64,000 nt of DNA from NCBI RefSeq assembly GCF_030028105.1, contig NC_092384.1, forward strand, positions 17,119,629 through 17,183,628, written 5' to 3'. Under the pieces are notes generated by a model. That model saw only the letters and a program-made list of their open reading frames with translations. It ran no database searches and was not told the DNA's origin. Origin of the DNA: Mobula birostris. Its lineage: Eukaryota. Position numbers and translations under genes: made by a program. Shown here in pieces: positions 46,590-59,652 of this stretch (position 1 is its first letter; each line of letters starts with the position of its first letter).

Positions 46590-48900
46590 ATTGCATGGAG
46601 TAGACGTGTTTCTCGAACGGCTCTGTCCTTTTTAAATTACTGAGTCCAATCTGCTTTGAAAAACTTACTTTTGGAGTATTATGACGTCTCGTGCTACAAC
46701 TTCAAGAAAAGAAGAGAATCATTCTGTGACTATGGAAGCTATTGCGGAGTTATTTCGGAAAGCTCGGAGTGAAACGTCTGAACAATTTCCGGATGTATGT
46801 TTAAAAGTTATCACAGAGTTTAAACGAATGGAGATTCTGCTACAGACTTTGCAAAAAACTTTACAGAAACATACTACTCAGATTCAAGAACCTGAAGATG
46901 CTTTAACCAGACTGGATACTAAGACGGATGAATTCGAAAAGCTCGGAGATAAACAATCGAAAATCGTTGAATCTTATGTCAAAGGATTGTCGCCTTGGAG
47001 AATAGATCAAGAAGGAACAATATACCAATTCTGGGTCTTCCTGAGTTGGTCGAAGGCAGGCGACCTGCAAAATTTTTTTGCAAATCTGTTGGCTCGTTTG
47101 TTTTCTGATGTTTTGGATACTCCACCAAAACTAGACGGGGCACACCGAATTCCAGTGTTTAGACCCGCCTCCCAACAAAAACCTCGACCTACGGTAATTG
47201 CTTTTCATGACTTCCAAACTGAGGTTTCTATAATTCGCCAATCTTTTCGGTATGATTAACTTTGACGATTATAAGATTAGACTCGTCGAAGATTATTCAC
47301 CTGAGGTATTAAACGAACGTTTTAAGTATAAAAAGGTTATGGTGGAGTTATAGATCAAAGGTTATAAACCTTCACTAATTATCCCGCTCGCCTCAGGATC
47401 ATTTTGGAAAATGGATGTATCAAGTGATTTCGTTTGATTGAGGAAGTGCACGATTTTCTTCAGGCCAAATCAAATCAAGAAGACTAATTGTTTATTACTG
47501 TATCATAAAAATTCCGCTTCCTTAGCCTGACCGATTCTTTGTTGTTGGTTGCTTACAATCTAATGGTTTAGTACGTCTTTTTTTGAAAAATTCTCTCTTC
47601 TATTCTCGTATACTCTTATAATTAGTTTCTGTTCTTATCGGATTTTCTTTGCTGAGTTATTCTTTTCAACATGATGTTTTGAACTCTTCTTTAGCTCTTT
47701 GGAATAATATTTAGTCTATCAACTCCAGAAGTTTAAATGTTTATTTCTGCTTCATACAGTATAACCTTGTTCCCTCAGTTTGACTGATTAATTCGTTGCA
47801 ATTTTGCAGTTTATTTGTTTATTACTTTTCTCTTTGAATAATTTATTTTTTCGAATATTCACTTTCCCAGGTTAATCGAAAATGGTTAGATCAACCTTTT
47901 TCTTCTGAACAAATTGCACGGGTTGTCCATTCCCTGAGTTCGCGGAAGGCTCCCATTCCTAAAGGATTTTCTGGAGAATTCTACAAGACTTTTGCTGCTT
48001 TGCTTATTCCTCACCTACTTTCTGTTCGTTCTGACTCTTTTAAATTAGGTAGGTTGTCACATTCTTTTTATGATGCCTCTATTTCACTTATTCCCCAAAG
48101 GAATAAAGATCCAATTGATTGCTGTTCCTACAGACCTATTTCTTTACTTAATGTTGACGCTAACATTTTATCTAAACTTTTGGCTCATAGGATGTAAAAC
48201 ATTCTGCCTTTTATTATCTCTGATGACCAGACCGGATTTATTAAAAATCGTTATTCTCATTTTAACATTCGTCGTTTACTGAATGTCATTTATATAACGG
48301 GAGTAGGAGAAGATGACGTTGCGACGCAGCGCGCGCTGCTTCTCCGGTGATGAATATCTGTAATCTGTCAAGTAGGAGGCCGTGCACAATGCTGTTTTGA
48401 TGGAGGCAGACGTGAGAGCACGGAGGAACATCTGGTGACACTTCTGAAAAGCCTGCATGATACATTTTGGATAGAAGTATTTCAAACTTCCTCGGAGCTT
48501 TTTATAGTAAACTTTAAACGCAACCCTCTGACTGCCTTGTTTGGCATCGTTGGAGGAAATGATTTTACTCTTAAGTCGAATGATTTGCATATTTTGGCTT
48601 TTATTTCTCGGTTAGCCAGAAGAGTTTTGTTGCTTAAATGGAAAGATGCCGCTCCACCTACTCATGCCCACTGGTTGATTGATGTTATGTCATGTTTAAA
48701 TCTAAAGAAGATTAGGTGTTCTATTTCCATACCTAGACAAGATTTTTTTTCACATTATAGGGACCTTTTTGGAACTACTTTCACAATTTTCGATTTCGTC
48801 AGCCATTTCTATTGATTCTGTTGTATTTCTCTGTTCTACTGTGAAGGCCTGCAAGGAAATTAATCTCAAGGTTGTATATGGTGATATATACATACTTTGA
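46590..48900 (+). mobile_element. Internally deleted L1 (ORF1, part of RT, ORF2 C-terminus) with a Rex-like 5' fragment at ~48300-48445
   Basis: 192-aa ORF1 remnant (LDGAHRI, PRPTVIAFH), YRPISLLNVDANILSK, LARRVLLLKWKD. Confidence 0.8.
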
Positions 48901-49239
48901 AAATAACGTTAATTTCAACTTCGAATTTTTGAGCTTTAAACTTTTCAACCAGGCATAAAACAGGAAGATATCTTTGGGCTTGTAATGGGCTGTCCGGGCC
49001 TGTATGCGGAGTCGAAGACCATTGGGCTACAAGGTTTTTAGATGCACCTAAATTGGTTAATTATTGTTTAACGAGATTCGTTAATTGTTTATATTTCCTT
49101 GTTAGTTTTATTTGAAATATCTCTGGGATTCGTGTGACTTGTATTATTTGCGAGTACGGTCCACCAGCACTATCGCTAATTTGGATAAATTTGCAGCCGT
49201 GGTGTTGCCCGGCTGAGGCACTGATGATCTGTTGTTACT

Positions 49240-49960
49240 CCTATGTATAAATTCTGATCACCATATCTACAGGTGAGTCCACGTGACCCAATACTCCTTC
49301 GAGTCCCTTCATAATTTGCTTCATCCTCATGTGAAAAAGTTCGGGATCTGGTGAAATGCCAAAAGGGGGTATCTTCATGGCATAGCGTCCACATGGTGTG
49401 ATAAAGTTTGTGAGCTCCTGTGACTCAGCAGCTAAACGGATCTGCTAGAACCCTAAATTTGGATATACTTTAGTGAAAAATGTTATTCCGCCCAGCATAC
49501 CCAATGTGTGCTCAACAGAGGGAAGAATAAAGAAGAACCACCTCACTGCATTTTTGAATGTTGTTAGATCAACACAGACCCTCGCTATGCCATCTGGCTT
49601 GGAACAGGAACATTGCCTGCACACTAGCCGGTAAATATATTCACTCTTGTTATGATGTCAAGCGCCTCCATTCTCTCAAACTCAGCTTTGATGTTGTTCA
49701 TCCGTGGAGAGTATAAGCCTTGCAGTGGTCAGAGAGTAGGGTGTCACTCCTGGCCTCAGTTACATAAGGTAATCTACTTTCACTACCACCAGACCAAAGA
49801 ACAACACCCTATACGTTTCCTGCCACCGAGAATTGTTTCGCGAATCCAACCTTGCAATGCGGTTCAGGTTCTCGATGGCGTGTTCCAATAGTTTTGACAA
49901 GAGCTTCTGAACAGCATTGACATCCTCTTTTAACCGTTTCCATTTTTTAACGGATGGAAG
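49240..49960 (-). mobile_element. Degenerate Gypsy RT fragment (different family from the Gmr1 copy)
   Basis: GF*QIRLAAESQELTNFITPCGRY..PFGISPDPELF..MKQIMKGLEGV. Confidence 0.7.
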
Positions 49961-50598
49961 CAGTAAACATCTATTTCATCTATGAGGAACTGAGGTGTAT
50001 ACAGCAAATATGATCCCCTATGATCTCAAATTTTTAAAATGGAATTTGGAAACTGATTGTTTTTCAAACAAAGTCATACATTTCTCAATTCATCCCCCTC
50101 CCTCACCTCCGTCTTTTATAAGAAAACCAAGGGCATTCATGAGGAAGTCAAAAAAGGGAACTAAACGCCCCTGTAGTCCCTCTCCAAGACGCATCTTCCA
50201 ACATTTCACTTGGCGCCAGGCAGACCGAGGAATTGACGGACCTGAGAGTTATCTCGAGGTTATCATTTGCTCTCACACACTTTCAGGTACAGAGTTTCAT
50301 TCATGGCTCGCAATCAGAAGATGTAATCATTGACCAACACGTTTTTTTTATCTGAAAAAAAAAAGAAAAATCTCATACTAAAAGTTTATGTCATTATTCG
50401 AACCCCTGTGAAACTCTAGCTCTCGAATAAACTCAAAATTTGATGTATTGGACGAGATTGCAAAGATGTTTTACGAACGCCAGTATGTGACTGGCCAGCC
50501 TTAAGTATTCGTAGTCATTCTTCTGTAGTGAATAGAATCAATTAAATATTTAACGTTTTTGCGAGTTATTGAGTTTGATACAGAGAAACAATTTCTTT

Positions 50599-53500
50599 TA
50601 CCATAGAAACTACCATAGAAACTATAGCACAGAAACAGGCCTTTTGGCCCTTCTTGGCTGTGCCGAACCATTTTCTGCCTAGTCCCACTGACCTGCACAC
50701 CGACCATATCCCTCCATACACCTCCCATCCATGTATCTGTCCAATTTATTCTTAAATGTTAAAAAAGAACCCGCATTTACCACCTCATCTGGCAGCTCAT
50801 TCCATACTCCCACCACTCTCTGTGTGAAGAAGCCCCCACTAATGTTCCCTTTAAACTTTTTCCCCTCACCCTTAACCCATGTCGTCTGGTTTTTTTCTCC
50901 CCTTGCCTCAGTGGAAAAAGCCTGCTTGCATTCACTCTATCTATACCCATCATAATTTTATATACCTCTATCAAATCTCCCCTCATTCTTCTACACTCCA
51001 GGGAATAAAGTCCTAACCTATTCAACCATTCTCTGTAACTGAGTTTCTCAAGTCCCGGCAACATCCTTGTAAACCTTCTCTGCACTCTTTCAACCTTACT
51101 TATATCCTTCCTGTAATTTGGTGACCAAAATTGAACACAATACTCCAGATTCGGCCTCACCAATGCCTTATACAACCTCAACATAATATTCCAGCTCTTA
51201 TACTCAGTACTTTGATTCATAAAGGCCAATGTACCAAAAGCTCTCTTTACGACCCTATCTACTTGTGACGCCACTTTCAGGGAATTTTGTATCTGTATTC
51301 CCAGATCCCTCTGTTCTACTGCACTCCTCAGTGCCTTACCATTAACCCTGTATGTTCTACGTTGGTTTGTCCTTCCAACGTGCAATACCTCACACTTGTC
51401 TGTATTAAACTCTATCTGCCATTTTTCAGCCCATTTTTCCAGCTGGTCGAAGTCCCTCTGCAGGCTCTAAAAACCTTCCTCACTGTCTACTACACCTTCA
51501 ATCTTTCTATCATCAGCAAATTTGCTGATCAAATTTACCACATTATCATCCAGATCATTGATATAGATGACAAATAACAATGGACCCAGCACTGATCCCT
51601 GTGGCACACCACTCGTCACAGGCCTCCACTCAGAGAAGCAATTCTCTACCACCACTCTTTGGCTTCTTCCATTGAGCCAATGTCTAATCCAATTTACCAC
51701 CTCTCCATGTATACCTAGCGACTGAATTTTCCTAAATAACCTCCCATGCGGGACCTTGTCAAAGGCCTTACTGAAATCCATGTAGACAATATCCACTGCC
51801 TACCCTTCATCCACTTTCCTGGTAACCTCCTCGAAAAACTCCCATAGGTTGGTCAAACATGACCTACCACGCAAAAAGCCATGTTGACTCTCCCTAATAA
51901 GTCCCTGTCTATCCAAATGCTTGTAGATTCTGTCTCTTAGTACTCCCTCCAATAACTTACCAACTACCGACGTTAAACTCACCGGCCTATAATTTCCCGG
52001 ATTACTTTTCGATCGTTTTTCAAACAACGGAACAAATTGAGCCACTCTCCAATCCTCCGGCACCTCACCCGTAGACAGCGACATTTTAAATATTTCTGCC
52101 AGGGCCCCAGCAATTTCAACACTAGTCTCCTTTAAGGTCCGAGGGAACACTCTGTCAGGTCCCGGGGATTTATCCACTTTAATTTTCCTCAAGACAGCAA
52201 GCACCTCATCCTTTTCAATCTGTACAGTTTTCATGATCTCACTGCTTGATTCCCTCAATTCCATAGACTTCATGCCAGTGTCCTTAGTAAATACAGACGC
52301 AAAAAAACCTATTTAAGATCTCCCCCATTTCCTTTGGTTCCGCACATAGCCGACCACTCTGATCTTCAAGAGGACCAATTTTATCCCTTACAATTCTTTT
52401 GCTCTTAATATACCTGTATAAACTCTTTGGAATCTCCTTCACTTTCACTGCCATGGCAACTTCATCTCTTCTTTTAGCCCTCCTGATTACTTTCCGAAGT
52501 ATTTTCTTGCACTTCTTATACTCCTCAAGCACCTGATTTACTCCCTGTTTCCTATACATTTCATACAACTCCCTCTGCTTCTTTATCAGAGTTGCAATAT
52601 CCCTTGAGAACCAAGATTCCTTATTCCTATTCAATTTGCCTTTAATCCTGACAGGAACATACAAACTCTGCACTCTCAATATTTCCCCTTTGAAGGCTTC
52701 CCACCTACCAATCACATCTTTGCCAGAGAACAACCTGTCCCAATCCACGCTTTTTAGATACTTTCTCATTTCTTCAAATTTCGCCTTCTACCAGTTCAGA
52801 ACCTCAACCCTAGGACCAGATCTATCCTTGTCCACGATTAAATTGAAACTAATGGTGTTATGATCACTGGAACCAAAGTGCTCCCCTACACAGACTTCAG
52901 TCACTTGTCCTAACTCGTTTCCTAACTGGAGATCCAATACTGCATCCCCTCTAGTTGGTTCTCTATATATTGATTTAGAAAACTTTCCTGAACACATTTT
53001 ACAAACTCTAAACCATCTAGACCCCTAACAGTATGGGAGTCCCAATCAATTTATGGAAAATTAAAATCCCCTACCACCACAACTTTATGTTTCCTGCAGT
53101 TGCCTGCCATTTCTCTGCAGATTTGCTCTTCCAAGTCTCGTTGACTATTGGGTGGTCTGTAATACAATCCCAATAATGTGGCCATACCTTTCCTATTTCT
53201 CAGCTCCACCCATAAGGACTCAGTAGACAAGCCCTCTAATCTGCCCTGCCTGAGCACTGCTGTAATATTTTCCCTAACAAGCAATGCTACTCCCCCACCT
53301 TCATTCCTCTGCCTCGATCACATCTGAAACATCGGAACCCTGGAATATTAAGCTGCCAGTCCTGCCCCTCCTGTAGCAAAGTTTCACTAATTGCTATAAC
53401 GCCATAATAGCACGTGTCAATCCACGTCCTCAACTCATCCGCCTTCCCCGCAATACTCCTAGCATTGAAATATATACACCTCAGAAGATTTTTGCCGCCA

Positions 53501-54790
53501 CTCACAACATTTCTATCAGCGGATTTGCTTGAACTTTCAACATTTATTTTCACCCCAGCCACATTGTCAGCTCTGGCACTCTGGTTCCCATTCCCCTGCA
53601 AATCTAGTTTAAAGCTTCCCCAAAAGCACTAACAAACCTCCCTGAAAGGATATTGGTCCCCCTGTAATTCAACTGTAACCCGTCTCTCTTGTACAGGTCC
53701 CACCTGCCCTAGAAGAGGTCCCAATGATCCTGAAATCTGAATCCCTGCCCCCTACGCCAGTTCCTCAGCCACTTGTTCATCCTCCAGAGCATCCTATTCC
53801 TACCCTCACTGGCACCTAGCACAGGTAGCAATCCTGATATTACCACCTTTGAGGTCCTGCTTTTCATCTTCCTACCAAGCTCTCTATAATCACTCTCCAG
53901 GACCGCCTCACTCTTCCTTGTTATGTCATTGGTACCGATGTGCACCACAACATCTGGCTGGTCACCCTCCCACTTCAGAATGTCATGCAAGTGATCAGAG
54001 ACATCCTTGACCCTGGCACCCGGGAGGCAACAAACCATCCTGGATTCTCTGTCACGACCACAGAACCTCCTATCTGCACCTCTAACCATAGAAACCCCTA
54101 TCACTACCGCTCTCCTCTTTTTCCACCCTCCCTTCTGCACTGCAGAGCCAGACTCAGTGCCAGAGATCCGGCTACTGCAGCTTGTCCCAGGTAAGTCATC
54201 CCCGCCCCCCCAGCAGTATCCAATGCGGTATACTTGTTGAGGGGAATGGCCGGAGGGGAACCCTGCTCTGCCTGCCCTTTCCTCTTCCCTCGCCTGACAG
54301 TGACCCAATTTCCTGTCCTCTGCTCCTTTGGCGAACTACGTCCCTGTAGCTACTATCTATAATCTCCTCATTCTCCTGAATCATGCGCAGGTCATCCAGC
54401 TTCTGCTCCAGTTCCCTAACGCGGTTTGTCAGGAGCTGCAGCTGGATGCACTTCTTGCAGGTGTCGTTGTCAGGGACACTGGAGGTCTCCCTGACTTCCC
54501 ACATCCTGCAAGAGGAGCATTTCAACATCCTGCCTGGCATTCTCACTGCACTAAACAATCTGAACAAAAAACTTACCGGAACCTACCCTGGCCTCTGCTT
54601 GTTCTCGCCAAAGCCTGTCTGAGCCAAAGTCGTCCCACTCTGACTCAGTCCACTCCGACCATGGCGGCTAGAACGATGGCCGCTGTATATGGAGGTCTGC
54701 TTTTTAAACCTTGGCGCGCTACGTCACGCGCCTGCGCAGTGCAGACCCTTCTCCCCGAGCAGTGTCTAAAAAAAAACGACTTTTTCTACC
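50599..54790 (-). mobile_element. Near-full-length CR1 LINE (ORF1 Zn-finger/esterase; ORF2 endonuclease-RT), disrupted
   Basis: CSSCRMWE..CKKCIQLQLL (54567-54196); SGNH-type VIGVSMVR..PGARV..VHIGTND (54308-53709); YFNARSI, VGDFNFP, KSPGPD, MDFSKAFDKVPH, KFADD; (TTTCTATGG)-type tail. Confidence 0.92.
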
Positions 54791-55084
54791 TGATTTCTTC
54801 CACTCTTCTTCTCAGCTGCTTGCTTCGACCCTGTAAATGAATACGTTTAATAAAATTGCACGAGGAACCAGACGACAGCTGAAGATATGTTAAACTCTTC
54901 TGTATCATTTGTATTTGGGGATGGTATATTATCATCCTGATTCGAAAGGATACGAGATACTTGTGCGTGGATTGTTGAGTCATCTCGTGGCCGTTGTACA
55001 CTAGTCATCATACAGTCCTAAGAGTGTGTGATTTTGGTTTAATGGAAATCAGATGCGATCCAGTTAAATACAAATTTCTGCTCC

Positions 55085-56150
55085 GTATTTCTCTTCGTAC
55101 GAGGGTAACACTGCAGCTGCATAGGACCCTAGTCAGACACCACTTGGAGTACTGTGCTCAGTTCTGGTCGCCTAAGTACAAGAAGGATGTGGAAGCCATA
55201 GAAAGGGTGCAGAGGAGATTTACAAGGAATTTTCCTGGATTGGGGAGCATGCCTTATGAAAACAGGATAAGTGAACTCGGCCTTTCCTTCTGGGAGCGAC
55301 GGAGAATGGGAGGTGACTTGAGAGAGCTGTATAAGATGATGATTTGGTCCCCTAATCTGAGGAAAGACATCCTTGCCATAGAGGGAGTACAAAGAAGGTT
55401 CACCAGATTGATTCCTGGGATGGCAGGACTTTCATATGAAGAAAGACTGGATGAACTGGGCTTGTATTCGTTGGAATTTAGAAGATTGAGGGGGGATCTG
55501 ATTGAAACGTATAAGATCCTAAAGGGATTGGACAGACTAGATGCAGGAAGATTGTTCCCGATGTAGGGGAAGTCCAGAACGAGGGGCCACAATTTGAGGA
55601 TAGAGTGGAAGCCTTTTAGGACCGAGATTAGGAAAAACTTCTTCACACAGAGAGTGGTGAATCTGTGGAATTCTCTGCCACAGGAAACAGTTGAGGCCAG
55701 TTCATTGGCTATATTTAAGAGGGAGTTAGATATGGCCCTTGTGGCTACGGGGGTCAGGGGATATGGAGGGAAGGCTGAGGCGGGGTTCTGAGTTGGATGA
55801 TCAGCCATGATCATAATAAATGGCGGTGCAGGCTCGAAGGGCCGAATGGCTTACTCCTGCACCTATTTTCTATGTTTCTATGTTTCTATGAAAAGGATTG
55901 ATTGTGTGGATAGTCAGAGGCTATTCCCAGGGCTGAAATTGTTGCCACAAGGGGATACAGGTTTAAGGTTATAGGGAGTAGATGCAGAGGTGCTGTCAGG
56001 GGTAAGATTTTTAATGCATAGAGTGGTGAGTGTGTGGAATGGACTGCCGGCAACGGTGGTGGAAGCGGATGCGATCGGGTCTTTTAAGAGACTTTTGGAT
56101 CGGTACATGGGGCTCAGAAAAATAGAGGGCTATGGCGAAGTCTAATCCAT
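55085..56150 (+). mobile_element. CR1 3' fragment with a younger CR1 (55343-55890) nested inside
   Basis: host reads ...ctgtataagatgatga|insert|aaaggattgattgtgtgg; insert closely matches ~15408-15956 (about 16 differences in ~545 bp by eye). Confidence 0.85.
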
Positions 56151-56151
56151 A

Positions 56152-57151
56152 GTCACTATGGGTCCGGTCTGTGAATTCCGCATTCCGGTTCATGGTTGAT
56201 TCCTTATTCCGAGTTTTCCTGTTTTCCCTTGTTCCATTGGGTGCCTTAATTGAGGCAACTGATTCTCGTTTTGGGCTAGCATATATATATATATCTCTCA
56301 AACCAAGGATACCCTGCTGGACTGTTCCCTTCCCTTTTGCTTCCTTCTGAACTTCCGCCCGGAGCCTCGTCCAGTCCACATCCAAGGCTCTGAGCGTCCA
56401 CTCCACGTCCAAGGCTCAGTGTTCCTGTGTTCCAAGACCAAGTCCAGGCGCCATGTTCCAGCCCAGTTCAGAAGTACCACGCCCAGCCCAGGAGTACCTC
56501 GCCCAGTCCAGGAGTACCTGGCTCAGCCCGGTGCTGGAGATTCCTCGCCATCTGCTGGAGCGTCCCCATCCAATCCTCGGCAGTTTACCTCCGCAGTTTA
56601 CTTCGGCAGTTTATCTTGGCAGTTCCCTCGGCAGTTATCCTGGCCTTGTGTCCTAGAAAGGGTCCCGGCCCTGCATCCTAGAAAGCATCCCGGTCCTGCG
56701 TCCAAGAGACTAATTAAGCCGAGTCCAAGAGCCGAGCCAAACCTAGTCCAAGAGCCTCGTCCTGCCCTGGAGTACCTCGTCCAGTCCTATAGCCACGTCC
56801 TGTCCTTGCCAAGATCCTAATCCCGATTGCTTGCTAAAATCCTAGTCCAGAGTCCTAGCCTAGACTGGGGTTCCGATACCGACTCAAGACCCAGGTTCCC
56901 ATTCCTTGTGCAGAATCTGGTTCCGGAGTTCCGAGTTCCTAGTCTAGGCTTCTTGGTCCTAGTTGCACGTTCGGGTCCAGTGCTTCTAGCCCAACTCCTA
57001 GCCCAGGCCCTGAATTGTAGTCTCGTCCAGGGCCTGTGTCAATGTCCAGCGTCGTTTCCTCCCTTGCTTTCACGACAAACCTAGTCTTGTTTCTAGTACT
57101 TCAGTGTCTGATCTTGCATTTGGGTCCGCCATCATCGCCCCCCTTGTAACA
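56152..57151 (+). mobile_element. Solo LTR (family X)
   Basis: 5' GGTCCGGTCTGTGAATTCCGCATTCCGGTTCATGG and 3' TTTGGGTCCGCC...TTGTAACA shared with the other copies; TSD not resolved. Confidence 0.72.
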
Positions 57152-57226
57152 GGTTCTATGTTTTTAAGCCCTAGAAATTCATACATCCGTCAGAGCCCTA
57201 CGTTACCTCGCTGAGTACTTTAAAAC

Positions 57227-58456
57227 TGTCATGGTCCGGTCCGAGAAGTCAGCATTCTGGTTCACGGTCCGGTCCATCGATCCGTATTCCAGGTTTTCCA
57301 ATTTCCCTTGTTCTGTTGTATGCCTTAATTGAGGCACATGATTCTCATTGTGGGCTGGCTACATAAACAGCTGCTGGGTTGAGCTTCAGTTGCTGTACTG
57401 TTCCCTCCCCTTCCACTTCCTTCTGAAGGCTTGCCTGCTACCTTCACCTGAAGTCTCGCCTGCTACCTTCGCCTGAGGACTCGCCTGCTACCTTCGCCTG
57501 AGTCCCCGCCTGCTATCTTCGCCTGAGGCCTCACCTGCTACCTTCCCCTCTGGCCTCGCCTGTAACGCCGTCAGGTTCAAACGCCAGGGCAAGATCGGGG
57601 CCTTACTGTGTCTAGATAAGGAACTGTCTTTCGTTGTTTGGAACTGTCTCTTTGTGTCCTCGCCTTCGCTAGGTAGGTCCGGCCGTTTGCCGCTAACTTG
57701 AGTGCCGATTTGTCTCTCATTGTTCTGTGAATGAGTCCCGGCCCTACGTCCTGCTTCGTAGGAGAGGTCCTGTCTCTGTGTAGAGCTCCGGCCTCAGTCC
57801 TGCTCCCAAGCAGGGGTCCCGGCTCTGTGTTCCATGTTCCTGTTCTCTCACGACCAAGGCTCTGCGTTCATATTCTCTCACGACCAAGGCTCTGCGTTCC
57901 TGTCTCCCTCGATCAAGGCTCTGCGTTCCTGTCTCCCTCGACCAAGACTCTGCCTTCCTATCTCCCTCATAAAAGTCAAAGCTTCGTGTTCTCGTCCTGT
58001 CCATGTGCCTCGCCTAGCGCAGGTGTACCTCGCCCAGACCGGTGCTGGGCTTCCCTCGCCCTGTGCTGGGGCTCCCTCTTCCTGACCAGGAGTCTCACGT
58101 CCAGTCCTGTTGCCACCACTCGTCCTGTAGCGAAGTCTTGTCCTAACCTAGATCCGGGGTCCGAGCCCGAGTCCCTTCCGGGTCCCTGTCCAGTCTCTGG
58201 CTCTGAGTCCTTGTCCAGGTTCCAAGTTCCTAGTTCCTCGTCCAGGTTTCAAGTTCCTAGTTCCTCGTCCAGGTCCCACTTTCCGAGTCTGGTCCTAGCC
58301 CTGTCCCTGTATCCTAGCCTTGTCCAGGACCTGTGTCTTGTCCAGCGTCATTTCTTCCCCACTTTACTTGCTTGCTGGACACACCTAGTCCTGTTCCTAG
58401 TACCTCAGTGTCTGTGTCTTGTATATGGGTCCGCCTCCAACGCCTCCCTTATGACA
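57227..58456 (+). mobile_element. Solo LTR (family X) with 21-bp and 29-bp tandem repeats
   Basis: TGTCATGG...TTATGACA; 5-bp TSD AAAAC (57222-57226 / 58457-58461); (GCCTGCTACCTTCGCCTGAGG)n at ~57430-57560; (CGACCAAGGCTCTGCGTTC..)n at ~57845-57960. Confidence 0.88.
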
Positions 58457-59652
58457 AAAACAGTTTCACTCTGAGATTGAATCCAATCTAAGTTAACCTA
58501 ATTACTTACTTTTTCATTCCTCACTTCGACCACTCAGAACCCATATATTTAATAGTACCTCACTAGATCAGTTTTCTATTCTTTCTAATAGAATGAAAAA
58601 TCCTAGAATTCTCAACAAGACCGTCCACCTGCCTCACTCTAACACCGCCCCTTAACTCTTATGGCATGGGATACATTGTTGAATGTATTCTGTAATCATA
58701 TTTATAAGAATATTTAAAAGCTTCATTCCATATAGCGCCTTAAAATTCTGTGAAAATCAATCTTTTTCTGAGCTAAATGTATTGGATCTGCTGTTCACCT
58801 ACCCCTTTTTGAATGTAAATGATTTTTTCTTCCCTATTCATTTTCCTCCCTACATGCTGTCACAGTATTTATATTGATGCCTTGAGGACAATTTAAAAAA
58901 ACTCAAAATATTCTGTATTACAATAAGCATACAAAATGATTATCTAGCTCTCAGTTAAAGTCAGAATGTGATGCCTTTGATGTTAGTTGAACTTCTTTTC
59001 AAAAGTAAGATAGTCTGTTTGTGTATCCACCTGAAGGTATTCAAATATATCAGCTGCCATCCAGATGCTATGGAAATGTCATATCTTTCTTAATGAGGTT
59101 TAATTTTCTGTCGTCGAGCACCAGTAATCTAGATTTGCTCTTTTTTATACATAAGATTGTTTAAAAATGGAAACAATTGGTAAAATAGAGATCATTTTAC
59201 CATTTAGTCCCTTGGATATTCTTTCTTCAAAAATTATCAACTGGCCGAAAATTGCTGATCCACCCTGACTACACGCAAGTATTAGCAGAATCGTACGATG
59301 ATCTACAGGATCAAAGGATTAAATATGTAAATCACATGCACGTGTAATAATAATAATAATAATAATAATACGTAAATAAATAATAAATATCGAGACGTGA
59401 AACGAGGGAGCAATAGATGGTGGTGAATCGAAGTGCAGAGAAAGGTCTTGATTAACTTAGACTCGTAATAAGCAAGGCGACACATACAAAATCCAAAGGC
59501 CAAATCACAAGTGGTAGCACTAGAAATTGAATTCCTCCGATTGACACCTCAGTACTCAGCACGAGGGTTTTAAGTACAGGATTTTCATTAAAAATGTGGC
59601 AGGTAGGGGGTTCCGGTGACGTCATCGTTCAGAATGGCTGCTTAAATCAACA

